From Octopus bimaculoides (lineage: Eukaryota), in assembly GCF_001194135.2 (NCBI RefSeq), contig NC_068982.1, positions 23,943,726-24,007,725 on the forward strand: a DNA stretch of 64,000 bases. Reading direction: 5' to 3'. Position 1 is the first letter of the stretch; every line of letters begins with the position of its first letter. The notes beneath the pieces were generated by a model. It worked only from the letters and a program-made list of their open reading frames with translations, made no database searches and was not told where the DNA came from. This document shows positions 12,993-26,750 of the stretch, piece by piece. The position numbers and the translations under genes are program-made.

Positions 12993-15332
12993 AATTGTTT
13001 TAACTAAGCTTTTAAATAATTCATGAAGTCTGAATAAAGGTTGATAATTTATATGGTTATGGTCCAGTTACCTTAGCTGCATTCATACACATGTGCGTAT
13101 GCGCGCGCGCCTGTATGTATGTGTGCGCATATGTATTTTTTTTATATCCAAGGATGTGTACCTCTTCTTTTAAATGTCTGTGTGTAATGAATTTAATAGG
13201 CTATTTCAATTAATGTACTTCTTTAATTTTTACATTAGGTTTATTACTCGGTTACGGTTTTTTTTTTTGCTTTGCTTTATTTTCGGTTTATTTTGTCCTT
13301 CTTGTTTTATAACCAAAGCGTTCAATATTAATGATTTAAGAAGTAGAAAACGAAGAGTAACAATTTTGAGGAATTAAAAATTGAATTATGCACAATCAAC
13401 TATTGCATGGCTAAGAAGAGCATTTAAAGAATAGGATAAAATTATCAATACTTTCCCATACTCTTCTGCAATTTTACACGTTTTAGAACATTAAAAAATA
13501 TTCTAAATTTTAAAATAATGTTAAATTAAAAGTCACACGTTCTTAATCATTATATATTTTGTTTTTATTTCGATATAGTTTTCTCAGTGTTATTTTTTTG
13601 GTTTGTCTGGTTAATTTTAGGAATATGATAATTTATTTCGCTTGCTTTTTTTTTTCTCTCAGAATCTGATAAAATATAAAATATGAAGAGTTATCTGATT
13701 ATACTATTGCTTCGCAAAACAATTCCATTACTTCAATTGTCAAATAATATGTGGTATTGTTTATATCAAATTTTATCTCTTATTATGATTATATATGTTA
13801 CAATTGTGTTTGAGTGCCGTACAATAATTGGCATCTTTCAAATAATTCAATTTCGCAATACGATTTCTATTCATATCAGAAGCCATTTTATTTCTTTACG
13901 ACGCTAACACTGAAATAAATGTATAAACACAATAGCCTACGATTCAAGCATCCCTTAAAATTATATGGTTCATCCTTAGATAAAAGAAGCCAATCATATA
14001 CACGAAAACCAAAGTAATCTTCTGTTGAACCGTAACTGTATTTCAGTCAAAATTTTCTATTGAGTCTATTTTAGTTGATCAACACTAGCAACATTTCATG
14101 AATTACAACATAGGTTATTGAAAGGATACACCAGTTCCTCTGTTATTTGAAAGAAATATTGAAACCGAAAGAATATTTAAATTTTAAGTGATTTACAGTT
14201 ACTATCAGATTACTTTAATTATTTTGATAAAGATATTTCATAAAATAGAATTAACTAGTTACTTTATCTTTTACGTATAATCTTTTTTTTTTTTTTCTGT
14301 CTTGAACGGAATAAAGCAAATGTGATTGTATTTGGCTTACAATGCAATTACAAATAAATAAATATACAAGGGAATAATTTCACCACTGTACTGCATTCCT
14401 GTTTCCATACACCTTCACATTAGCTTTCAGAATTAATAAGTCTATTTTAGTAAAAGAAGGTTTTCTGTCCCGGGAAACTGATTAAAAATAGTTAATTTAA
14501 GTGCTCAAAGTGTTGAAAATTTGTCCTATACTTGAACTGAACGTAAAGAGCTAATATACTACGGTTTGTGCTCCTAAGTTGGTCTTTTCTAAAGTTTCTC
14601 TCATGTTTGTCCACTTCCTTTGCTTTCCAACAATTACAAAAATGTAACAATATAATATCAGAGACTAGTCAACGAACTACAAGTGTTAGACGCACAGAAA
14701 TTCATAGCAAAATATATTTCTTATCAGAGACCGAATCCATCACCTATCTTGACCAGACAAAATCATTTTGCTAAATATTACCTCTCTTCAATGCAGTCAG
14801 AGTGTTTATAAATAAATTTTATGGTGTGCGTATATATATATATCTTATATGAGTATCGACTTAAATTCCTATTTAAATATGTAGTGGAAAACATGAGAGT
14901 ATAAAAATATGTACGTTAATATTTTGTCCAAGTCTTTATCGAAAACCTGCGTAAACATTTGAAACATATCTCCTACAATATTATGAATTAATGTTTAAAA
15001 TAAAACAAGTATGTCACATTCTATTTCCCATGTAGATAACAATTTAGTGTGCTGGAGAATGCTTATTATTTTGACGCATAAAATTTGTGTTCGAAAATTT
15101 GCTGCAATTGTGAACAAGGCGCTCACCGTTTATAAGTAAGTTACGACGCTCTCTCGATATATATATATATATATANNNNNNNNNNNNNNNNNNNNNNNNN
15201 NNNNNNNNNNNNNNNNNNNNNNNNNNNNNNNNNNNNNNNNNNNNNNNNNNNNNNNNNNNNNNNNNNNNNNNNNNNNNNNNNNNNNNNNNNNNNNNNNNNN
15301 NNNNNNNNNNNNGTGTGTGTGTGTGTGTGTAG

Positions 15333-15372
<40 letters not shown>

Positions 15373-16489
15373 TTACGTTATAAGTTTTCAAAGTGACCAC
15401 TGAATGATCTGCCAGCGTTTAACAGTATTTTACATTATAGCCACTACGTCTTTATTGATAAATGATATTCAAAAATACTGTCATTTTCATACCATTCTCA
15501 CATTTGGCAGCATTTCAAGTTGAGAGGAAAATACTCTGAAATGTGTTTTCCTTTTCCTTTGTTTTTTGTTTTTTTCATTTTTTCCAGTATTACCTTTTGA
15601 TTTGATCTCATTATCATGTAAAGTATACCTTCCCTATAGAGAAAAACAATGGTTTACATCCGTCACATATCATGTCATTAAAATATTAAGTGGTTTATGT
15701 GACGATTTATTTGAAGATGAATAATAACAGTTGAGCTATGAACAAAGCAATACATATAAGTGTATAACGCGCCTCGTAAACCTTGCCATTGACAGCACTA
15801 AAAGCACTAGTTTCATGTATTGTATCTTGAGAAATCGATTGGCAAAATTCGCTCTTCAGCAGGCTCTAGGGATACTTTATTCAGTATCTCAAAATATTGA
15901 TTTCTTGCATTGACACATGAGTACAGGACAAAGGTAGAGTTGATATACGCCTCTTACAGTATGGTAAATATGTTACTTGCTTGATGGCACTAGTAGAAGA
16001 GAAGGTTGTCGATAGCTGTGGGAGTTGGAATTAAACATAAAGGGTCATAAATAAGTACTACAGCGCATTTTACTTTTTCTTTGTCGCTTGTAAATACAGT
16101 AATCAATAATTCGACGTATTGACATGAATTCTCAAAACGTTTCACATTTGTCAATATATAGGCAGGAATTGCAAACTTAGCTAAATATGTGGGTATAATA
16201 CAACTACAAGAAACGAAACATACTACTAAAGCTATATTCTAAAAGAATGGTGCACGTTTTGACCTCTAAGTAAACAAAGGATATGAACAAGAAAGTTAAA
16301 AAGAAAACTATATAAATGAAATAAAAACTCGACAGGCTACACGGAATACTGCGACATAAGAGAATTTATGATTAAACAACAAAAATATATTGAGGTCAAT
16401 TTTAATTATCCAATTCTTAACCGCGATCAGATATCAATAGGATATATATATCTATATATTCTTTCATTCTTTTATTCTTTTATATGTTT

Positions 16490-16810
16490 CCGCCTGTATT
16501 CGGACAATTCGGCCCCAAGACTTATTCTTTGTGAGCCTAGTACTTACCCTATCCGCTACTTTTGCCGAAGTGCGAAGTTACTGGGATATAAACACACCAA
16601 GTATCGTTTGTCAAGTGTTGGCGGGGGAGAAACACACACATAAACACACAGTTATATATACATATACGACAGACTTCTTTCAGTTTCCGTCAACCAACGG
16701 TCGATCCGAGGGTATAGTAGAAGACACTTCCCGAAGGTGTCACACGGTGGGACTGAAACAAGATCCACGTGGCTGGAAAGAGCAAGCTACTTACTACACA
16801 GCAACGTATG
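16490..16810 (-). mobile_element. SINE family A copy
   Basis: Reverse complement of the family A body (GACTTATTCTTTGTGAGCCTAGTACTT, CGACAGACTTCTTTCAGTTTCCGTC, ATAGTAGAAGACACTT, GGTGGGACTGAA). Confidence 0.8.
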
Positions 16811-16900
16811 CATTATTATATAACACAGTTATGCGTCTGGATAGGATGTATATTTATGTAGCTATACAACAAATTATATGCATATGTATATGCATACTTT

Positions 16901-16942
<42 letters not shown>

Positions 16943-17129
16943 NNNNNNNNNNNNNNNNNNNNNNNNNNNNNNNNNNNNNNNNNNNNNNNNNNNNNNNNNN
17001 NNNNNNNNNNNNNNNNNNNNNNNNNNNNNNNNNNNNNNNNNNNNNNNNNNNNNNNNNNNNNNNNNNNNNNNNNNNNNNNNNNNNNNNNNNNNNNNNNNNN
17101 NNNNNNNNNNNNNNNNATATATACATACG

Positions 17130-17197
<68 letters not shown>

Positions 17198-20100
17198 TAA
17201 ACACATATACATATAATAATTATACAGAAAATGATACTGATAGATGATAAATTAACTCATACATATGTCATACTCATAACAGAAATTTGAAGAATGACAA
17301 ATCAAATGTTTTACACTAAAGCTTTAAAGTGTGTGTGTGTGATTTCTTTCTATTATTCTTTGTTATTTTCTTTGCTGGTATCCCAGTGTATGGAAGCAAT
17401 TTATTGTAGAACACAGGAATGCAATGTATTACTAAATACAAGTAACACCCGGTATTTTGTGAGAGTCAACCGCATCCCCGCGTAACCACAGCCTGCCGTA
17501 CATTGTTTACAATACTAGCCCTGCTTCTAATTCATATTTGAATTTAATCTTACCTAAAAATCCTCATGGCTTACCAGCAAATGGTTTTTATAATATATGT
17601 ATAAAATCATAGACTATTGAGTATGCTCGCATCTCATTCGCTTCACGAACGTGATGTTAATGATCCTAAAAAATGGCGAACTATATATATCCACCCCTTT
17701 TGAGTGGAATTTTGGGCGAGTTGTCTCGCCTGTGTATTACCTTCAAGTGTACTAAGACGCCTCGCTTTGATATATATAACATACGTTCCGTTTATTTGCA
17801 AGATCAAAGAAGATCCATAAGTTAAAAAAAAAGCAGGTATTATTCGTGAGGTCGTGTCGATGTATAGCTGTAATAGAACGAGCTTCTCTAGCATACTGAA
17901 CACGATCCGACAATCGCTCACGCTGGAAAATACGGTTACTATATGAAGTAATACAAGAATACATGAACAAAATATGGAAAAATATAATGAGAATACGCTA
18001 AGAAAAATGGATTAAGTATTTTTAACTTGAAACCCGTAAATGAAAGATACCGTTACTGTTGAGCGCTTACATGTGGGTTTAGATGGATGTAGAAAAGCTA
18101 ACGTGTTAAAAGATATGTTGAATGCTGTAGGGAAAGGAGCATCACTCAGTTTAATTTTTTTTTATACACACACGCTAAAACATGCATAATTACACACATA
18201 CACGCGTGCAAGCGGATGCACCCCCGTACGCGCGCACACACATAATTATACACACACTTGCATATTTAATTTCATATATAAGTGCGTGAATAATTGTATG
18301 TATGCATATTTGTACATTTGTAGCAGATTTTAAGCTTTTAAATATTTGTGTTTCTGTTCGATGGTTTATGGTCTAAAGAGAACACACACACACAGACAGA
18401 TACAGACACACACAGACACATTCACAAATACACAAATGCTCACACATCGCTTGTATGATGCTGGTGAAGATTAAGACGGCGGTGATGATGATAATACTGA
18501 TTATGATGATGATGATGATGACGAACACGAAGTGTTCTGTAGCAAATGCATTTGGTTCGTAAATGAAATGGGTTCGTTGAAATAAATGTATTTCTTCGTA
18601 CATCTAAGTTGCTTTGCATGCCAGTATTCGTCTGCGAATGAGTTGAAATCATGAAGTTAGTTGTGTGTTCTATGTTAGTTATATTGCTGTGGTTATCTTC
18701 AATAAACAAGTCTCAGGTCAGTGTTTCTTGCATGCAGCTTCAACATATTCTTCATAAGTGTTTGGATATTTTGACAGCGTCTGGGGGAAAACAAACGTGC
18801 TTAGTCACAGTTCTGGATTCGTGTATACAGGGAACATCGCACACACGTACATACAGACACAAATATATGATTTTGTATATGCACATATATATGCGCGCGC
18901 GTTTGTTGTGTGTGTGTGTGTGTGTATGTATGCATAATACAGACACATGCATATTTACAAATAGATGTATATAGTCATATATATATATGTGTCTGTGTGT
19001 GTGTGTGTTTATATGAGTTAGAGTTTACACATCCATCTAAGGGATAATAAATATCCAATATACTACTGGATGTTTACCTACGCATTTCTATCCAAGTACT
19101 TACTGTTGGAGGGCAGTAGCACAATTGAATAATAGGTATGAGTGGGGGTAAAGCAGAAATATACCCAGAATTTATTAGGCAAATAAGAAAATGGAGAAGA
19201 TGATCACGCTAAGGTCGAAATGTGTTATACTGTCATGTGGTTAGATGTAGGGAAAGATGATGAGCGAGAGAGAAAGAGTCACAATAAGGAGAGAGAGAGA
19301 GAGAGAGCAACAGATGGTGGGAGACATGCCCTTGTGAGGTAGGGAGAATGTAAGATTTATTACGTGGTTAATATTTTAGTCAAAGGGAGTAATATAGAGT
19401 GAATTAGAATTACGATGTTTACCAGAAGGGTGGTGCTCTGGTGGTGCTCTGGTGGTGAAGTTAAAAAAAGTAACGAGAGAGAGGAGAAAGAAAGTGAGAC
19501 AGAGTGAGGTAGAAAGAAAGAAGAGTTGAAAGAAAAGGTAGACAGAGAAGAAAGATTAGAGGCGTTTTTATAACCGGATGCATTAAGTTTTCGTGTGGTT
19601 AGTGGAATTAAGAAGAGAAGAGAAAGAGAGAAATGATAAGGACCTGATGAAGAGTGGATTGATATGGTTTAAAAATTTTGAAATTGGAGTTAGAGAAAGC
19701 GCGCGCGAGAGAGAGTAATATAAAGCGTTTAAAAGGGGGGAATTGTAAACATCATAATTATGACTAATGGAAGAATAATTTTTCAATATTTAATCTTTTA
19801 TATCTCCTATCTGGCGATCTATTCCGGTACTCAAAACAATAACGACAACGTCCGCCTCTCCAGCACAGTTACTACAAGGGCGAAAAAAAAAAACATGGCA
19901 AAAAAGATCATAGAAAGAAAAGCAACCGTGACTACAGGAAATAGCAAAAATAGATAGAACTTTGAAAATAATAATAGAACCGTAACACCAAAATGATCAG
20001 TACAATTTACAACGGCACTATCGACACCACTGCCAGTAACAATATAAGCAAATAGTATTAATCTTAATTATAGTATGTTCTACAGATGGCATGAAGCATC

Positions 20101-20384
20101 ATCCGGCTGTGGCATATCGACGAGAGATGAATAAGGTTACCCTTTACCACAACCGCCTTCAGCTCACCGCTGGGCAAGGTGTAGTACCTGTAATCCCATC
20201 CCGAGACCCGAATATACCCAGTTGGTGTCCGCCGGGTTTAAATCTATCTCATGGGATGAGGATATCCTTTTAGCGTTGGTCAGCGACGCCTCTAAATATC
20301 GTGGATTATTATCATCAACATCAACATCATCATCATCGCCGTCGTCTTTGTCATCGTCATCATCAACATCATCCTCAACATCGT

Positions 20385-20600
20385 CAAGGCGGCAAGCTGA
20401 CAGTACACTTAGCATGCCAGACAAAATGCTTAGTGGAATTTCGTTGGTCTTTACATTCTGAGTTCAAACTCTGCAAGGTCGACTTTGCCTTTCATCTTTT
20501 CTGGATCGATAAATTACGTATCTGAGAAACACTGGGGGTCGATGGAATTGGCAAGTCCCCTTCCACTAAATACTTCAGGCCTTGTGTCTTCAGCTGAAAG
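20385..20600 (+). mobile_element. tRNA-derived SINE family C copy followed by an (ATC)n tail
   Basis: AGGCGGCAAGCTGACAG...TTAGCATGCCAGACAAAATGCTTAG...GAGTTCAAACTCTGCAAGGTCGACTTTGCCTTTCATC...CACTGGGGGTCGATG. Confidence 0.8.
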
Positions 20601-20714
20601 AATCATCATCATCATCATCATTATCATCATCATTGTCGTCGCCATCATCATCATTACCATATCTTGGTCGCCGTCATGGTCAACGTCGTCATCGTCGTCA
20701 TCATCATCATCATC

Positions 20715-20915
20715 CTCACAATCGGCGGGCAAACAGAATTGTTAGCACACCGGACAAAACGCCGATTGACATTTCTTCCACCCTCAACTCCTATGCTCAA
20801 TTTCCGCTGGAGTTGACTTAGCCTTTTATGTTTTCGAGGTCGATAAAATAATAAATACCAGTTGAGTACTAGTGATGTAGTTAACCACTCACATCCCTCA
20901 CAATTGTTGGCCATG
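20715..20915 (+). mobile_element. SINE family C, second tandem copy
   Basis: CGGCGGGCAAACAGAATTGTTAGCACACCGGACAAAAC...CTCAATTTCCGCTGGAGTTGACTTAGCCTTT...GGTCGATAAAATAA. Confidence 0.7.
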
Positions 20916-22525
20916 TCACAAAACTTAGAAAAAAATATTATTTTTTATTATTATAGTTATCATATTATTAGTTGCTCTGTTGTGGCCCATCAGAAACTAG
21001 ACATGAATAGAATGTCACTTAATATGTTATGAATGTGTGTTTCAATAATTTCATTCATAGGCACTGTGACAATTCTACAATATATCAATCCACATTCATA
21101 GTTTGATATTTGTCATTTCTATATTTTTCTTTCTATAAAGTCTGTGTAGATATACTGAAAGATAAATTGATTATGTTTAAAAAGCTTAACTTTAAGTTTT
21201 CTTCAGACAGATAGTTCAAATATTCCTCTTCCTAAAGTAGTCTATAGAACGAGAAATTTGTTGGCTATTTAACAAATATTCACTGAAGAGATTTATTGTT
21301 TTGGTGATAGCATTTCATTGAAATATTAGGTTTCATTGTCACAAGTGTCATGCCATGCCATGTCACATCATATTCATAAGCCTAAAATTGCTTTTCATTT
21401 TCACTATGAATACTGCTTGTATTCATTAGTATCAGACATTTAGGAACCTGGTTCAATGAAATATACTCTGCAGAATTTATCTCAACAGTGTGTCATATCA
21501 CATTGTGTATATTTATCGATGACTATGTTTCCATAACTTCTCGAATGGAATGTTGTGCCCTTTTGTTAATACAATTACATGTTAGATAGGATATAGAAAT
21601 AAGTATCTTATTCTAAGCATTCACCTTTCACCATTAACCATAAGGCCAATTGTGTTGGCATTAACACTATATCTAAAATATTGTGTTTAGACAAATTATA
21701 GAAAGTCATGTATAATGTGCTATAGGAATATGTGGGAAATATAGTACTAACAGAATAGCATAACAGACAGGTAAATATAGAATGAAGCATGTAACCTCAC
21801 TATTCACCATTCTTAATAAATGTTACAAAAGATAACGCAAGATATTAATCAGTGTTGTAAATGAAATAAATAAAGCCGTGGAATTTAAGATATTTGAAGA
21901 CATCTGTACCACCTGCAGTCTTCACGAGCGATAGGATGCGGCAAATAACTAACGTTGTTATGTCGCATCATATATATTTATGTTACCTTGTGATGAAAGC
22001 ATATTAGAAGATACACCAGAAGCAAAAGACACTAAGTTTTATGTTACGATGTTTGAAATAAATAGCTAATTTTTATAAATGATATCATTATTCTCCATCA
22101 CAGTAATTCATATTTGTTCAAAGCCTGTAATTACTCTGGTCTTATGAATTTCATGAATGAAACGAATTAGGAAATGGCTCTCGTAAGGAATATTAAATTC
22201 TACTCCACTAAAATAATTCTCGAATTTTCATACATTTCAAATATTACCTATTCATTCGAAATTAAGTATATTCAGAATGTCCCTCTAAATCATTAATACA
22301 ATTTTCAATTGACGTATGACTAATTTTATTATATTTACAATGTTACAAATTCCAGTGAGTTAGAGGTGTATAGGTAATGGTCGGGCTACCCAACAAAAGA
22401 TTCAGTTTCAGTAATAATGTAGGATTCTTCTATATATGTATATCAATAGAATTTTACAGTGTTAAAATACACCCGAGGGACCGTGCACATATCAGTATAT
22501 GTACAGGCACACAGAAAGATACAAT

Positions 22526-22565
<40 letters not shown>

Positions 22566-22809
22566 AGGACGTATGCATGTGTAAGTGTTTGTGTGTGTGT
22601 GTGTGCAGAGGGATGGGCGTGTGTGCGTGCATGTATGATAATTATAACAACTTGACAAAGCATAACATTACCATTATTTTTTGAAGACGGACTGCATCTT
22701 CAGCTGCTCTTCTACGAGCATTTGAAAATGTATTCTACCTGAGAATTTGCACATCTACTGCTACTTTGAAATCTTTCTGATACTTTATACTGAGAATAAC
22801 TGAGATTCT

Positions 22810-22895
22810 ATCATTCTATGCTCCCCTTGGTATAATATGTGCTCTTGATCGGATCAACAGGATTCCTCGTTATCGTAAGCGACGAAGTGCCGGAT
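22810..22895 (+). mobile_element. SINE family B, 3' fragment
   Basis: GATCGGATCAACAGGATTCCTCGTTATCGTAAGCGACGAAGTGCC matches the tail at 9980-10025. Confidence 0.6.
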
Positions 22896-23024
22896 ATGAT
22901 ATATNNNNNNNNNNNNNNNNNNNNNNNNNNNNNNNNNNNNNNNNNNNNNNNNNNNNNNNNNNNNNNNNNNNNNNNNNNNNNNNNNNNNNNNNNNNNNNNN
23001 NNNNNNNNNNNNNNNNNNNNNNNN

Positions 23025-23059
<35 letters not shown>

Positions 23060-23355
23060 AAAGAGAGAATGAGAGATATAGATATAGAGATAGAGACACA
23101 TAAAACTGCATATAAACATATAGAGATGCATAGACGCACACATACACATACACACACACACATATATATATATATGTATCTAAGTTTGTTTATGTATATA
23201 TGGATGGGTCGATGGATGGATGTACGGTCAGCCGGATGGACTGACTGATGCATGCGAGCATACATGCATGTGAGCTAGAGAATGAGAGAGATAGATATAT
23301 AGCTAGATGCACATATATATACACATAAACATATATAGGTACACACACATAGACG

Positions 23356-23412
<57 letters not shown>

Positions 23413-23414
<2 letters not shown>

Positions 23415-23905
23415 TTCCCTTGGCAAAACAAACAGGACACAGAAGCGTGTCGATAAGCCAGCTGCAGGAGATGTCTTCCTAGGGCTAAAAGCAACAGTAA
23501 CATCCACCCCTAGGGCTCAGCAACATTTATGTGGCAATATACTTCACTTTATCGTGCAGTTACTGTTAATACCTAATTTAGAGAATTAACATTGCTTCTT
23601 TTCACTTTTTCGACATCAGTGAATAATTTCACTGGAAAAAGGTACATAAGGTTGCCAAGAATTTATCTCTCTCATCGCAGATCGGTGGCTATTGGACGGT
23701 GACGAAGGGAAATAACCCTAAAACCCGGGTCCGTTCGTGCTACAGATCACGATGAGAGGGATAACTTCCCTTGGCAAAACAAACAGGACACAGAAGTGTG
23801 TCGATAAGCCAGCTGGAGGAGATGTCCTCCTGGGGCTAAAAGCAACAGTAACATCCACCCCTAGGGGTCAGCCACATTTATGTGGCAATATACTTCACTT
23901 TATAT
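23413..23905. repeat. Module of two ~140-bp direct repeats (23413-23552, 23764-23902) with an internal long hairpin, embedded in (TA)n
   Basis: ACTTCCCTTGGCAAAACAAACAGGACACAGAAG...GTGGCAATATACTTCACTTT occurs twice with few mismatches. An inverted repeat spans 23652-23777. Confidence 0.9.
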
Positions 23906-26555
23906 ATATNNNNNNNNNNNNNNNNNNNNNNNNNNNNNNNNNNNNNNNNNNNNNNNNNNNNNNNNNNNNNNNNNNNNNNNNNNNNNNNNNNNNNNNNNNN
24001 NNNNNNNNNNNNNNNNNNNNNNNNNNNNNNNNNNNNNNNNNNNNNNNNNNNNNNNNNNNNNNNNNNNNNNNNNNNNNNNNNNNNNNNNNATATATACACA
24101 CAAACACACACACTTACACAAAATTACATATATGTGTTTATGTCCTTATGTATGTATATGTTCATGGATGGATGGATGCATACATGGTCTACGAACTTAT
24201 TTTAATGCTAAGTTATTTAAAAAGCAGAAATGTATGCTCCAGGAACATGTAGTTTCTTAGATCTACATTTTAATATATTCCAAAAGAATATACGAAAGTC
24301 GATGGAGTAAATGTAGGTCTTTTCCAGAAACGCATTAATTTCATATCATGGATATGACTAAATCTGCACCTCAGTGCAGCCCCGTGAGCTCTTTTAGTCG
24401 TCATAAGTTATGAAATGCTGATGAAGAACCAGTAACGTAGGTGGTGCTCCAGAATTTTCTGCACACTCTAGCAAATTCTTTGCAACGTACACAAGACTAT
24501 AAAATGTGTGTTTACGTCTGTACATCAGTATGGAGAGCTCGATAGATGGAAGTACTCGCATGTATCTAAATATTTATCTATCAATGTGTAAATATATTTC
24601 TGTGTGCATTTATATATATATATATATATACGCATATGCACATATAAATATATATATACACACATGTATATGTATACGTGTATATATAATTATGTATATA
24701 TACATATATGTATCTACACACACGCGCAGAGGGATAGAGAGAGAGAGAGAGAAGAGAGTAATGCTTGCATGTATGTGTGTATGTCAGTGTGTGCGTGCAC
24801 GTGTGTGCGTGAACGTGTGTGTGTGGGTGCGTGTGTGTTTCTGTGCGTGTGTGTTTCTGCACGCGCGTGTGTGTACGTGTGTCTATGGATCTGTAATTAA
24901 ATTTCAACTCATTATAGGCATTAACTTCTTTGATTTCAGAAGTGAATACAAAGCATTCTGTAATTTATTGAAATGTTATTGTAAATGAACAGTTCTATAA
25001 TTGTACACACATACACACTCAGATATACATACATACATACATACATACATACATGCATATAATATATATATATATACATGGATATATAACTTCGTTTTCG
25101 CATTATTATTTCAATAATTATGCACTTTATATGCTTTGTCTGGACTTCTTATGTTTTTAATGTTTCCGTTTCTCTAATTGACTGCATATCATATTGATAA
25201 CCCACGACTTTTATAATGTAGAATCCTCTTTATAGGTCTTTATAAAGCTGTTGCTTTTATCTAATTTTAAAAATTATGCGAAATTGAATTTTTCCTCGAC
25301 ACAATAGTACAGGACATTAAATGATCATCATATGCCAGTGGTATAAATATTCATTTTGTTCCAAGTCACAATATCATTTCAAAAACTGAATATAATGTGA
25401 TGGATATTTATTTCAATTTAATGAAGAATATATGTTCATGAAAATTGTGAATATTATAGTATAGTAATTGTGAATTTTATAGTACATTGTTCTTATGCTA
25501 AAGACGTACGAGAGAACATGTATGTACGGATGCATAAATACAATTATCTCTTTTAAATTAAAACACTCATACGTATTTATATATGTTTTTACTCTCTGTG
25601 TATGTTTGAATTGCGCATACATGTGTTTATTTATATCTGTATTTTAACGCTTTCTAATCGTATGTGCAATACGATGTGTGCGTCACAAATAAGACTACTT
25701 TTGCTGAACTGGAAAGTTAAACCTACATCTGCAAACACATTCACACACACGGATCCTCATGTGCTTGTATGAATGTTCCACGTACACAAGTTTCTGGGTT
25801 CTGTAGGTCTATATGAGATTCGGTTGGATTATTTCAACATGAACTTGTTACGACTGAAAAGATTTTAGTGAAAATATCTATGTGGAAATTCTAGAAGCTC
25901 GCAAAATGCAAGTACATCTAATTCCAAGCTTCTGGCGTTTCTTCAAGTTTAACAAAAGGAATACCTTGCTCAGTGTAAAGAACACGCGCATAATCAGCTG
26001 GAGAAATTGAGACCATCACACACACATACGCAATGTTTTAACCGATACGTTTGTACATGGGATAAATGTGTTTGAAAGCTATGGTTTCTTTGGTATGTTT
26101 GTTCCCAAACAACACTTATTTTAGTGCTATTGACACCGCCGGATTTAATGGTGCTGCCCAGCTGTCGAAACCATAATGATATCCGTGGGGCAACTGATGA
26201 TGGAGGTAGGTTGATTGTTGGTATGGCTGTGTTTGTATAGGTGGAATATTATTATAGTATCAAAGCATATCCTTTCCTTACAAGTTCTTTATTTTCTCTC
26301 CTTGTTGCTTTCTGTGTTCCTTACTGTGGAAAAGCGTAGGCTTGAAACGTTAAAGACTTTTGCACTTCCCGAGTCGGGATACGTAGCGTTGAGTTATTCC
26401 ATAAATTACAAATGCATTAAATACTACAAAATGTGCACGTAGGACACACAAACAGAAGGCCTCCAAAATTTTAACTGTTGAAGAATTGGGGTGCGTCTGT
26501 GTCTCTTCTACGTTTATGTTTTGTAGTATTTAATGCATTTTCATTTCTATATATA

Positions 26556-26586
<31 letters not shown>

Positions 26587-26750
26587 CTGTGTGTATGTGT
26601 TTGTATGTGTGTGTATGTGTGTCTGTGTGTATCTGTTTGTATGTGTGTGTGTGTCTGTGTGTATCTGTTTGTATGTGTGTGCGTGTGTGTGTGCGTGTGT
26701 GTGTGTGTGTGTGCGTATGTGTGTGTTCGTGTTTGTGTATGTATATATAC

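Noticed and set aside
20301-20821. His-, Asp- and Ser-rich ORFs resembling cephalopod His-rich structural proteins
   Set aside because: They are built from (CAT)n microsatellites and SINE sequence, with several frames open only because of repeat composition.
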